Below are positions 32,579 to 42,221 of a stretch of 64,000 nucleotides of DNA, in pieces (the first letter of the stretch is position 1; the number at the start of each line of letters is the position of its first letter). A program made the translations under genes and the position numbers. The DNA is from Phycisphaerae bacterium (lineage in GTDB: Bacteria; Planctomycetota; Phycisphaerae; UBA1845; Fen-1342): assembly GCA_963666925.2 (NCBI GenBank), contig CAXXTC010000005.1, positions 96,001 to 160,000 on the forward strand, written 5' to 3'. The notes below the pieces were generated by a model. That model did not search any database, was not told the origin of the DNA, and saw nothing but the letters and a program-made list of their open reading frames with translations.

Positions 32579-32787
32579 GCTTGCGCTGAATCCCCCTACA
32601 CCCCCTCCACGGACTGGATTCCACCCCAGGTAGACCGTATAAATATATTCGGATTACGAACTGGCAGTGCCACAATCTGCTGGTATGTCGCATCTGATAG
32701 GCGGTTATTACCCATGCGCCCATCCACTATCCGAACCGACAGCGCACAGCTTGCCGCCAATCGCCTCACACAAGGAGACCCGAAATC

Positions 32788-34053
32788 ATGATCCCCTGGA
32801 CGTCCACGCTGCTTGCACAAGTAATCGACTTTGACACCGGAAACACTGCTTTTATGCTCCTCGCCACCAGCCTGGTCATGTTGATGACCCCCGGGTTGGC
32901 GTTCTTCTACGGCGGGCTAGTCGGTCGCAAGCACACCCTCACCATCATGATGCAGAGCTTCGTTTCCCTCGGCTGGACCACCATCCTGTGGTTCATCTGC
33001 GGCTACTCGCTCTGCTTCAGCGGCGACATCGGCGGCGTCATCGGCAACCTGAACAACGCTTTTCTACACGGCATCGACCTGCAGACCGTGTTTGCCACCG
33101 GCAGCGACAAGCCGATTCCCCTGTTCGTCTTCGTCTCCTACCAGATGATGTTCGCCATCATCACCCCCGCACTCATCACCGGCGCCTTCGCCAACCGCGT
33201 CAAGTTCGGCGCCTACCTCATCTTCCTCACGCTCTGGCTGCTGCTGGTCTACTTCCCCTTCGTCCACATGGTCTGGGGCGGCGGGATGCTGGCCGAGTGG
33301 GGCGTCCGCGACTTCGCCGGAGGTATCGTCGTCCACAACACAGCGGGCTTCGCTGCTCTTGCATCGGTCTGGTTCGTCGGGCGCAGGCGCAAAGTCGACC
33401 CCGGCCTGCATAGCATCCCGCTGGTCGCGCTCGGCACCGGCCTGCTGTGGTTCGGCTGGTATGGGTTCAATGCCGGCAGCGAGCTCCAGGTCGACGCCAT
33501 CACCTGCCAGGCATTCATCAACACCGACCTGGCCGCTTCCTTCGCGGCCATCGTCTGGTTGATCCTGGCCTGGATGCTCGAACACAAGCCGAAATTCGTC
33601 GGTCTGCTCACCGGTGCGGTCGCCGGCCTGGCCACCATCACGCCCGCCGCCGGCTTCGTCGACGCCTTCTCCGCCTGCATCATCGGCATCATCGCCGGCG
33701 CCATCTGCTACTTCGCCGTCGCCCTGAAGAACAAGCTCGGCTGGGACGACGCGCTCGACGTCTGGGGTGTCCACGGCGTCGGCGGGCTCATCGGCACCAT
33801 CTGTGTCGGCCTGTTCGCCTCGATCGCCGTCAACGAATCCGTGGGCGGCGACGGGCTCTTCTACGGCGGTGGCGCGGGTCTGCTGGGCAAGCAACTCGTT
33901 GCCGTTGTAGCCAGCTCCATCTACGCGTTCATCTTCACCCTGATCATGCTCTGGCTGATCAACTTCATCACGCCGGTGCGCGTCACTGAAGCCGACGAAG
34001 AAGCCGGCCTCGACGTCACGCTCCACGGGGAAGCTGCCTACGAAATGCAGTAA
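32788..34053 (+). CDS. amtB: Ammonium transporter
   Basis: MTPGLAFFYGG, FAIITPALI.GA, DFAGG.VVH, WFGWYGFNAGS and DDALDVWGVHG; twin His retained. Confidence 0.96.
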   Translation: MIPWTSTLLAQVIDFDTGNTAFMLLATSLVMLMTPGLAFFYGGLVGRKHTLTIMMQSFVSLGWTTILWFICGYSLCFSGDIGGVIGNLNNAFLHGIDLQTVFATGSDKPIPLFVFVSYQMMFAIITPALITGAFANRVKFGAYLIFLTLWLLLVYFPFVHMVWGGGMLAEWGVRDFAGGIVVHNTAGFAALASVWFVGRRRKVDPGLHSIPLVALGTGLLWFGWYGFNAGSELQVDAITCQAFINTDLAASFAAIVWLILAWMLEHKPKFVGLLTGAVAGLATITPAAGFVDAFSACIIGIIAGAICYFAVALKNKLGWDDALDVWGVHGVGGLIGTICVGLFASIAVNESVGGDGLFYGGGAGLLGKQLVAVVASSIYAFIFTLIMLWLINFITPVRVTEADEEAGLDVTLHGEAAYEMQ

Positions 34054-34074
34054 CCCCCCGGCATCCGAAAACAC

Positions 34075-34117
34075 CGGCGGCCCGCGTGCTCGAACAAGCG
34101 CGCGGGCCGCTGTCTTT
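34075..34117. terminator. Terminator between convergent amtB and rnc
   Basis: CGGCGGCCCGCGTGCT/AGCGCGCGGGCCGCTG stem followed by TCTTT, with AAAA upstream. Confidence 0.65.
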
Positions 34118-34133
34118 CATTCGCAACAGGCAA

Positions 34134-34853
34134 TCAGGCGGAAACCGCCTCGTCAGGCGACGCGGCGTCCAACACGCCCACGGATTCCAGCGCTAGCTGG
34201 GCCGCCTTCTGCTCCGCATCCTTCTTGCTGGGTCCCCAGGCGCTCGGGAAACGCCGCGGCCCCACGCTGACCGCCACCTCGAAGCATTTCGCGTGGTCCG
34301 GCCCCTTCTCATCGAGCAGCTCATACAACGGCGTGGCACCCATCTCGCGCTGGGCCCACTGCTGCAACTGCGACTTGAAGTTGAAATGATGCTGGGAATC
34401 TGTCGCCGTCCGGATTTCACTGTCCATGTGGTGCAGGATGAAGTCGCGCGCCGGCTCGAGCCCGCCGTCCAGGTAGATCGCCGCGATTACCGCCTCCAGC
34501 GTTGCCGCCGCCAGCGAACGCGGCAAGTGCTCTCCACCCTCCATGCCCTGCCCCAACTGCAAACTGTCAGTCAGCCGCAGCTGCAACGCCACCCGCGCAC
34601 AGGTCCGCCGCGAAACCACGACCGACTTGATCTTGGTCATGTCGCCCTCGAGCGCGTCGGGCAGGTTCTCGTAGAGCGTCTGGCAAACGACCAGGCCCAG
34701 GACAGCGTCCCCCAGGAACTCCATCCGCTCGTTGCTCTCGCGGCGGTGGTCGGCACACGACGCGTGACGCAGGGCGTACCGCAACAGGTCACGGTTCTTG
34801 AACCGATACGCGATGCGTTCTTCCATCTCGCCAAAGGGACATTCTGCGGGCAT
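34134..34853 (-). CDS. rnc: Ribonuclease III
   Basis: [12 protein letters not shown] signature and C-terminal dsRBD ([19 protein letters not shown]). Confidence 0.96.
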   Translation of the reverse strand: MPAECPFGEMEERIAYRFKNRDLLRYALRHASCADHRRESNERMEFLGDAVLGLVVCQTLYENLPDALEGDMTKIKSVVVSRRTCARVALQLRLTDSLQLGQGMEGGEHLPRSLAAATLEAVIAAIYLDGGLEPARDFILHHMDSEIRTATDSQHHFNFKSQLQQWAQREMGATPLYELLDEKGPDHAKCFEVAVSVGPRRFPSAWGPSKKDAEQKAAQLALESVGVLDAASPDEAVSA

Positions 34854-35189
34854 TTTTCAATCCCCACAGACAGGCTGCGGACGCAAGACGCCCCGGCAGG
34901 GCGCGTTGCGTCGGCCGCCGGCCTGAGGCCAACGTGTACGAGCCTCCAACCCCACTGGTCGCGAGGCGCTAAGCCCTATTGTAACCGATCGACGGGCGAA
35001 CACAGGCGACTGTACCGGGTTCGCTCCTGGATTCACGTTGCGGGCGTTATTCTGGGACGCTCCGCCGATCCGCCCGCCCCCGGGGACGCCGGCGCGGACG
35101 GCGATTTGCACGGTTGAGAGCCCGTCGGTATACTTTTAGTTTCGATTTTTCGTGGGCAAACGGGTTCGTTACCGACGGAGGCTCCCTAG

Positions 35190-37232
35190 ATGGGACACCC
35201 AATCGACAAAATTCGCAATGTTGCCCTGGTTGGACACGCCGCTGCGGGCAAAACCACGCTCGGCGAAGCCATTCTGCACCATACCGGGGTCACCACGCGT
35301 ATCGGCAGCGTCGACGATGGCTCGACGATGCTGGACTATGATGAGGAGTCGAAGGAGCGGCAGCAGTCGGTCGATTCCAGCGTCTTTCACGTCGAACACG
35401 ACGGGCACTTGCTAAATCTGATCGACACGCCCGGGATGCCCGACTACGTCGGACAGGCCATCGCCGCCCTGACCGGAGCCGACACGGCCGCCGTCGTGGT
35501 GTCCGGCTCGGCCGGCATCGGCGTCAATACCCGGCGCATGTACAACGCGGCCAAGGACTACGGCCTCGCGCGGATGATCATCGTCACGCGCGTCGACGCC
35601 GACAACGTCGACCTGGCAGCCTGCCTGGACGGGATTCGCGAGACCTTCGGGCCGGAATGCCACCCGGTGAACCTGCCCACGGGCGGCGGCCAGGGTGTGA
35701 TCGACTGCCTGACTAACGACAGCGGCGACGCGGACGTGCTGGATGTGGCCGAGTGCCACACGGCCCTGCTCGACGCAGTGGTCGAGACCGATGACGAGTT
35801 GATGGAGCAATACATGGAGACCGGGGAAGCCCCGGCCGACAAGCTCGACAGCGCCATCACCGCCGCCGTGGCCAACGGGCAGGTGGTGCCCATCATCTTC
35901 ACGGCGGCGCGCAACAGCATGGGCGTCCAGGAACTGCTGGACGCGTTCATCAAGTTCGCCCCGTCGCCGGCATCGGGCCTGAAGCGCAAGCTCGTGGTTG
36001 GCGAGGGCGAGGAAGCGACCGAGACAGTCATCGAGCCCAAGCTGGACGGCGACTTCGTGGCGCAGGTCTTCAAGATCCTGTCGGACCCGAAGAGTAATAT
36101 CAAGTATTCGATCGCGCGGGTGTACAGCGGTACGCTGGGTGGCGATGCACAGGTATTCGTCTCCGGCGATCGCAAGGGGCAGCGGCCGGGACACCTGCTG
36201 AAGATGCGCGGAGCGGACCAGTCGGAGGTGGACGGCGGCAGCGCGGGCGACATCGTCGCGTTCGCCAAGCTGGACTTCAAGATCGGTGACGTTCTGCTGA
36301 GCAAGGCCGGCGAGGGGAATGTCCCGATGCCCAAGATCCCGACGCCGATGTTCGCGTTGGCGATCGAGCCCAAGGCCCGCGGCGACGTGGAGAAGATCAG
36401 TGCGGCGTTGCAGCGTTTTGCCGAGGAAGATCCGTGCTTCGATTATCACCGCGACTCGGAAACGAACGAGCTGGTGATGAACGGCCTGGGCGACCAGCAC
36501 CTGACGGTGATCCGCAGCAAGATGAAGCGATACTTCAAGACCGAGGTGGACACCAAGCCCCCGAAGATCCCGTACCGCGAGACGATTTCGGGCTCGGCCA
36601 AGTACGTCAAGTATCGGCACAAGAAGCAGACCGGCGGCGCCGGGCAGTTCGCCGAGGTGGCGATCGACATCGAGCCAAACGAGCGCGGCGGCGGCTACGA
36701 GTTCGTCGACAAGATCTTCGGCGGCGCGATCGACCTGGCCTTTCGCCCGAGCGTGGACAAGGGCGTGCGCGACCAGATGAAGCGCGGCGTGATCGCCGGC
36801 TGCCAGGTGGTCGACGTTAAGGTCTACCTGGTCGACGGCAAGACCCACCCGGTGGACAGCAAGGACATCGCGTTTCAGGTAGCCGGGCGGAACGCGTTCA
36901 AGGAAGCATTCCGTCAGGCCAAGCCGATCCTGCTGGAGCCGGTGGTCGACCTCGAGGTGACCGTGCCGGCGGATCACATGGGCGAGATCACCCGTGACAT
37001 CGCGGGCAAACGTGGCCAGATTCAGGGTCAGGACATGCTGCCGGGGAATCAGGTCTGCATCCGGGCGCAGGTGCCGCTGTCGGAGGTGACGACCTACGCC
37101 TCACAGCTCAAGAGCGTAACGGGTGGACAGGGCTCTTACATGATGGAGTTCAGTCACTACGAAGTCGTGCCGCCCAACGTGCAGCAGCAGATCATGTCGC
37201 AGTACAAGGTCAAGGACGAAGAGGAGGAGTAG
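35190..37232 (+). CDS. Elongation factor G-like paralogue (EF-G2)
   Basis: GHAAAGKTT, DTPG, PYRETI, KKQTGGAGQF and HPVDS. Outside the str operon, with a divergent G4 motif. Confidence 0.9.
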   Translation: MGHPIDKIRNVALVGHAAAGKTTLGEAILHHTGVTTRIGSVDDGSTMLDYDEESKERQQSVDSSVFHVEHDGHLLNLIDTPGMPDYVGQAIAALTGADTAAVVVSGSAGIGVNTRRMYNAAKDYGLARMIIVTRVDADNVDLAACLDGIRETFGPECHPVNLPTGGGQGVIDCLTNDSGDADVLDVAECHTALLDAVVETDDELMEQYMETGEAPADKLDSAITAAVANGQVVPIIFTAARNSMGVQELLDAFIKFAPSPASGLKRKLVVGEGEEATETVIEPKLDGDFVAQVFKILSDPKSNIKYSIARVYSGTLGGDAQVFVSGDRKGQRPGHLLKMRGADQSEVDGGSAGDIVAFAKLDFKIGDVLLSKAGEGNVPMPKIPTPMFALAIEPKARGDVEKISAALQRFAEEDPCFDYHRDSETNELVMNGLGDQHLTVIRSKMKRYFKTEVDTKPPKIPYRETISGSAKYVKYRHKKQTGGAGQFAEVAIDIEPNERGGGYEFVDKIFGGAIDLAFRPSVDKGVRDQMKRGVIAGCQVVDVKVYLVDGKTHPVDSKDIAFQVAGRNAFKEAFRQAKPILLEPVVDLEVTVPADHMGEITRDIAGKRGQIQGQDMLPGNQVCIRAQVPLSEVTTYASQLKSVTGGQGSYMMEFSHYEVVPPNVQQQIMSQYKVKDEEEE

Positions 37233-37281
37233 CGCTCGGCAGCGCGGGGGCGACAGCAAGAGCGCACTTCCGGAAAACACC

Positions 37282-37327
37282 AACAACCAGCGCGTCGCCA
37301 GAACAGGTGACACGCTGGTTGTTTTTT
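37282..37327. terminator. Bidirectional terminator
   Basis: AACAACCAGCGCGTCGCC/GGTGACACGCTGGTTGTT 18-bp stem with one mismatch, followed by a T-run. Confidence 0.7.
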
Positions 37328-37359
37328 GGGGTGCCTGCGTAAGTGGTGGGGCTGATAGC

Positions 37360-37677
37360 CTAGTAGTCGTCGCGGCCGCCGCGGCCGCCGCCGTACCCAC
37401 CCCGGCCACCGCCGCCACCGCCGCGGTTTTCGCGAGCCCGGGCAACACTGACGGTAAGGACACGACCATCGTGCTGCTGCCCATTGAGGGCGTCGATGGC
37501 AGCTTGAGCCTGCTCATCGGTTTCCATTTCCACAAAACCGAAGCCCTTGCTCCGGCCGCTGTCCCGATCGGCAATAACCTGAGCACTGACGACGGTTCCG
37601 TGCTCAGAGAAGATCTGTTCGAGCGCAGCACTGTCTACCTGATACTTGAGATTACCCACGTACAACCTTCGGCCCAT
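37360..37677 (-). CDS. RRM RNA-binding protein with Gly/RGG-rich tail
   Basis: RNP2 LYVGNL and RNP1 KGFGFVEM. AGGAG Shine-Dalgarno before ATG 37677. Confidence 0.95.
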   Translation of the reverse strand: MGRRLYVGNLKYQVDSAALEQIFSEHGTVVSAQVIADRDSGRSKGFGFVEMETDEQAQAAIDALNGQQHDGRVLTVSVARARENRGGGGGGRGGYGGGRGGRDDY

Positions 37678-37854
37678 CTTCGTTCTCCTGGGTCCGTGCG
37701 AGCTGGGCCACTGTCTAGTTCCTTCGGGCCCTGGTAAAGGGGTCGAACAATCGACCAAAGCGGCAAGGCGAACGAGAGAGGCATTCAGGTGCGGAGTGGA
37801 GCAATCGTTCCCGTGTCGTACCTGGACCTGATCGTCAAACCAGCCGGCCCCGTG

Positions 37855-37883
37855 AATATAGCCTGCTGATGGGGGTCTGTAAA
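37855..37883 (-). promoter_or_regulatory. Sigma70-type promoter of the RRM gene
   Basis: TTTACA-N17-TATATT on the minus strand. Confidence 0.6.
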
Positions 37884-38076
37884 TGGAATCGACGACCGGC
37901 GACACCGGGCGAATGGGGGCGTTGTGACCTCCGGGAGCAGGCACGGCGGCGTCTTGGCGTAACCACATCTGCAACAGAAACCCCGCCGGCCGCTACCGCC
38001 CCAAGTAATTCGAGCGGTCACAGCCGACGGGGGCCACGTATTCTACCACTACCCGCACGAGGGCGGGAAACTGCCG

Positions 38077-40701
38077 CTAGCTGCCTACCAGGGCCTCGAC
38101 GAACGGGTCGATGTCGTCGAAATTGACGGCGGCGTCGTCATTCAAATCGTTGACAGCGATGTAGTCGCAGGTGGGTGTTGCGCCGAACATGCCCTCCCAC
38201 TGAGCCTGGTCGATGATGGCGGCAACGAAGAAATCAATATCGTCGAAATTGACAGCGGTGTCGCAGTTGGAGTCGCCGGCCGGGAAGTTACTTCCGGGTT
38301 CGACGGCGAAGATATCGTCGCTCTCATCCCAATCGCCGTAGTCGCCGCCGCCGTAGTAAGCCCGCACGCGGATCTTGCAGGCAGTGCTGGCCTGGGTAGG
38401 CGTCCAGGAGGCGGTGGTTTGCCCGGGATCGGTCATGGTAACGATGTCGGTCCAGACGGTGTAGTCGTCGGGCAACGCAACCTCATCAATCCAAACGGTG
38501 TCGGAGCCGTTGCTGACACTGAAATCCTTCACGTACTCCCACTCGAGCTCGTGTGAGCCGGCGTCGAGGGTGGTTTCAAAGAGAATCCACTCGACCTCGC
38601 CAGAGGCGTGGATGACCTGGTCGCCGTCGACGGAGAAATTAAACCAATCGTAATCTTCCTCGGAGCTGACCTTGTACCAGAAGCTGAGGTCGCCGCCGGT
38701 GGTGGTGCGGGTCATCCAGGTTACGTCGTTGTTGCCGATGTCGCCGGCGCGGGCGGAGTGCGTTCCAGTGTAGCCGGTGGTGTCGTCAACGAACCAGTCA
38801 ACGTCGCCGCCGGTGATGAACTCGGCCGGCAAGCTGCCGTCTTCGAAGCCGCCGACGCCGTAATTCGCGGTCTGCTGAACCTGGAACTCGGTGGCGCCGC
38901 CCATCCAGGTAACGGTGACGGGCGTGCCGGCGGTGAGAGTTTCGCCACCATTGGGATAGGTCATGAGGGCCGCAGGGCCGATCGGGACATCGACACGGGT
39001 GCACTCCCCGGTGACAACGACGACGTCTTCGACGATGACGGGATCGTAGCCGGTGCCGCGGGCCTCGAATTCGAGGTCGTAGGTGCCGTCGATGAGCATG
39101 CGATGATAGTCACCGACATCGGGATCGGTGTAGACGTCGTGGTCGCGGCCGACGACACGAACGGTGGCATCGAGGGGCTGGCCGGTGCCGGCGTCATAGA
39201 CGATACCACGGACGCCGATGAGGCAGGTCTCGATGTAGGCCAGCATGGAATCGCGGTTTTCGTCCCAGAAGGTGGGGATCGTCGAGGCGGAGGGTTCCTT
39301 GATGTTGCTCAGCTCAATGGTGACTTCGTTGTTACCCATGTAGCGGTAATTCCAGTCCTGCATGCCGCCATCGATCGAATACCATTCGGCACCGTTGGTG
39401 ATGCCGTGGGTCCAGTCGCCGTTCCACATCGGCGAGTTGTACTGAGAGTATTCCTCGCTAATGTAGACAAACATGTCCTCATCGGGACTGGGCGAAAAAA
39501 CGCTGCCGAGGTTGTCGTTGTCGAAGGGGTAGTTGACGACCAGGGAGCCGCCGTGGAAGTTGGCCGAGGCGACGAATGAGTACTGGGCGCTCCAGTTCAT
39601 GAGCACCTGGACTTCAGTGGGCCGACCGGTGGGGTCGTTGGCCTCGCCGTAAGCACCTTCGGGGAAGTTGCGGTTGAGGTCGTAGCCCTGCGAGTTGTAA
39701 CGCGTGCGCGAGGTGCGGTCGTAGCCATCCGGGTTCATCAGCGGCATGATGTACAGCTCGACCTCGTCGATGATGTTGGTGCACTGCGCATCGGTGCCAT
39801 AATTGGTAAGCAGATAGTCGATCAGGTACATGCACATGGTGGTGCCGACGACCTCGTCGCCGTGCATGGTCGCAATGTATTTGAACTCGGGCTCATCCTC
39901 TTCGACGTCGACGTTGTCGCTGATCTTCAAAACCCACAGATGACGACCTTCATAGCTCAGACCAGCATCAATCCGGCGGCAGAGCGCGGGATAGTTGGTC
40001 TCGTAAGCAAGCAGGTCGGGGCCGATGTCATCGTAGTCGACCCACGCGTAGCGACTCTCGTTATCCAGCGGCGGCTGGGCAGGCCGGAAGGCCGGAAGGC
40101 CGTCGGCGATGATGGCCGGATCGGCGCCGGCGGCCACCAGCACGTCGGCGAGCGTCTGGGCGCGCTGTACGGAAAGCTCGTCCTGCACACGCAGGTCGAC
40201 GCCGAGAACATGCAGCGGCGTCTGGCCATTGGCGTTTTCGGCGGTGACGTCGGCACCGGCGCTGAGCAGGGCGCGGACATTGTCGCTGCGCACGTGGCGC
40301 GTCGCGTCATGGAGGGGCGTGTCGCCATCGCGATCGCGAGCGTCGACCGCAGCGCCGGCGGCCAGCAGCGTCAGAGTCAAAGTGGAATCGCTGGCGCGGG
40401 CCGCGATGTGAAGAGGCGTAAGGCCGGCGTTATCGGAGACGTTCACATCCGCGCCGTGTGCCAGGAGCAACAAGACGGCGTCCACCTGCTTGCCGCCGAC
40501 CGCGCTGTGCAGCGGGGTCTCATTCGTGGCGCTGCGGGCAGCGACCAGCGTAGGGTCCTTCTCGATCAGTTGCGCCAGACGCGCCGTATCGCCGAAGCGC
40601 GCTGCCTGGAAAATGTCGCTGGCCTGGCCGGCGTTTGCCAGCGGGACCAGGGACAACGACAAGATTGTGGCCACCAGACCAATACGCAGTGGGGCTTTCA
40701 T
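38077..40701 (-). CDS. Secreted ankyrin-repeat + M14 zinc carboxypeptidase with beta-rich domains and dockerin-like tail
   Basis: Signal peptide and four TPLH ankyrin repeats. M14 motifs HGDE, DLNRNFP, NFHGG and TIELS. C-terminal duplicated D.N.D..VNFDDID.FV. Confidence 0.88.
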   Translation of the reverse strand: MKAPLRIGLVATILSLSLVPLANAGQASDIFQAARFGDTARLAQLIEKDPTLVAARSATNETPLHSAVGGKQVDAVLLLLAHGADVNVSDNAGLTPLHIAARASDSTLTLTLLAAGAAVDARDRDGDTPLHDATRHVRSDNVRALLSAGADVTAENANGQTPLHVLGVDLRVQDELSVQRAQTLADVLVAAGADPAIIADGLPAFRPAQPPLDNESRYAWVDYDDIGPDLLAYETNYPALCRRIDAGLSYEGRHLWVLKISDNVDVEEDEPEFKYIATMHGDEVVGTTMCMYLIDYLLTNYGTDAQCTNIIDEVELYIMPLMNPDGYDRTSRTRYNSQGYDLNRNFPEGAYGEANDPTGRPTEVQVLMNWSAQYSFVASANFHGGSLVVNYPFDNDNLGSVFSPSPDEDMFVYISEEYSQYNSPMWNGDWTHGITNGAEWYSIDGGMQDWNYRYMGNNEVTIELSNIKEPSASTIPTFWDENRDSMLAYIETCLIGVRGIVYDAGTGQPLDATVRVVGRDHDVYTDPDVGDYHRMLIDGTYDLEFEARGTGYDPVIVEDVVVVTGECTRVDVPIGPAALMTYPNGGETLTAGTPVTVTWMGGATEFQVQQTANYGVGGFEDGSLPAEFITGGDVDWFVDDTTGYTGTHSARAGDIGNNDVTWMTRTTTGGDLSFWYKVSSEEDYDWFNFSVDGDQVIHASGEVEWILFETTLDAGSHELEWEYVKDFSVSNGSDTVWIDEVALPDDYTVWTDIVTMTDPGQTTASWTPTQASTACKIRVRAYYGGGDYGDWDESDDIFAVEPGSNFPAGDSNCDTAVNFDDIDFFVAAIIDQAQWEGMFGATPTCDYIAVNDLNDDAAVNFDDIDPFVEALVGS

Positions 40702-40856
40702 CGCGGTCCTCGAAAAACTAAGGGGTGAGATTCTGGTGCTTCGGCAAGCACCTCCATACCAGCGCATCTCACAGTAGCACGTATTAATAGGCAAAGCAAC
40801 GCGAAGTGCGTAGCGGCCGATAATCACCGTGGTTAACCGCTTGCGGCGAGAGCGAA

Positions 40857-41564
40857 TCAGGTGTCGGCCGGCTGGGGTGTGATCAGTGCCAATAGTGCTA
40901 GCAGGTCCGGAAACTCGTGATCGGGGACATGATTGCCAATATCGTGGATGCGGTGCTGCCGATTCACCCAACCACTACGGATGCCTGCCAACAGCGCACC
41001 GCCCACGTCGCTGTGTAACGAATCGCCAACGTGGATAACACGCTGTCGGCTCCAGCCGGTGAACGCCAGGGCATCTTCGAAGATCTTCGGGTCGGGCTTG
41101 TACGAGCGCGAATCCTGCGACGTCACGACGCCCGCCACCGCGATGCCATGACGCAACAAGGCGGCGTCGATGTCAGCCCGATCAGCGTTGGAAACTATGC
41201 AGATCGGCAGCGGCAAACGCTCGAGGAACTCGGGCACCTCGGGTTGCAGCGGCGGGTCCTGCCAATAAGCCGACAGGCGGGCAACGTACGGATAGGGGTC
41301 CAGGTGAATGTGCATGGCGGCCATGGTCTCACGCAACGTGCGGGCCTCGACCTCGAGCAGCGTCGCGAACCCGTCGCCGTTGGCAAAATCCATGGCATGA
41401 AAGAACCGCTCGCCCCAGATGATGGCCAACTCCGGCGGGCTCAGCGGAATGCCGGTGTCGTAGCAGAGTTGCGTACAGACCGCCTCGACAGCCGCACGAT
41501 CCCCGGTGGTAAGCGTGCCGTACATGTCCAGAAAAACGCCGTCGAGTTCGAGAGTGCTGGTCAA
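40857..41564 (-). CDS. HAD-superfamily hydrolase
   Basis: DMYGTL, VSN, KPDPKIF and HVGDSL.SDVGGA. Confidence 0.88.
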   Translation of the reverse strand: MTSTLELDGVFLDMYGTLTTGDRAAVEAVCTQLCYDTGIPLSPPELAIIWGERFFHAMDFANGDGFATLLEVEARTLRETMAAMHIHLDPYPYVARLSAYWQDPPLQPEVPEFLERLPLPICIVSNADRADIDAALLRHGIAVAGVVTSQDSRSYKPDPKIFEDALAFTGWSRQRVIHVGDSLHSDVGGALLAGIRSGWVNRQHRIHDIGNHVPDHEFPDLLALLALITPQPADT

Positions 41565-41621
41565 CGCTCAATTCCTGTCGGGGGCCATGAAACGTCGGGC
41601 GGGTCTGATCAGGTTAGCGCG

Positions 41622-42041
41622 CTACTGCGGCGGCGGTTCTTCATCCGTGCGGGCGGCCAAGGCCTGAATGACACGCTTCTTGTGGGTTCCCAGCCCGCAC
41701 CAGGGCAGATGATCGACAATGTACTTACGCACCGTAGCCGTACAGCAGGGATTGTTGATCAGCGTGATCAGGGCGTCGGCCTGGTCGTTGGAAAAACCGA
41801 AAACGCAGATCGCGTTCACCAGGTAAACCTGCTCGTGTTCGCTGAGGTTCTCGCGCGTGGCGATCTCATGGAGCACAACCAGTCGATCGCTGGGGAACTC
41901 GATCGTCTCGGCCGCCCGGATATCGGCACAGGCCGGACCACACTCGCCCCGGGGATGAATCGCACAGCCACCGGCCAGCACAAAAAGGACGGCAACCGGC
42001 ACCAACGCGCCCCAGCGATAATTCGATCTGAACACAGGCAT
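41622..42041 (-). CDS. Cys-rich putative lipoprotein
   Basis: Hydrophobic leader ending LAGG-C (lipobox-like). GAGGAG upstream of ATG 42041. Confidence 0.6.
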   Translation of the reverse strand: MPVFRSNYRWGALVPVAVLFVLAGGCAIHPRGECGPACADIRAAETIEFPSDRLVVLHEIATRENLSEHEQVYLVNAICVFGFSNDQADALITLINNPCCTATVRKYIVDHLPWCGLGTHKKRVIQALAARTDEEPPPQ

Positions 42042-42221
42042 CGTGAGATCTCCTCGGACACCGACCTTCGAGCAGGCCGAAACCAACCCATCCGATCGGC
42101 GACACTCATCATAGCGGCGGTGACGAGGGCCGCAAAACCACCCAGCGCACCCGGGCAGCAACGGCGGGCGAAAGTGTATATCATGGGCGTGATTGTCCCT
42201 GTTTTCGCGAGGAGTACCCCC

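Noticed and set aside
32655..32700. Possible sigma54 promoter upstream of amtB (TGGCA...TGC)
   Set aside because: GG-to-GC spacing is 14 nt rather than the required 10.
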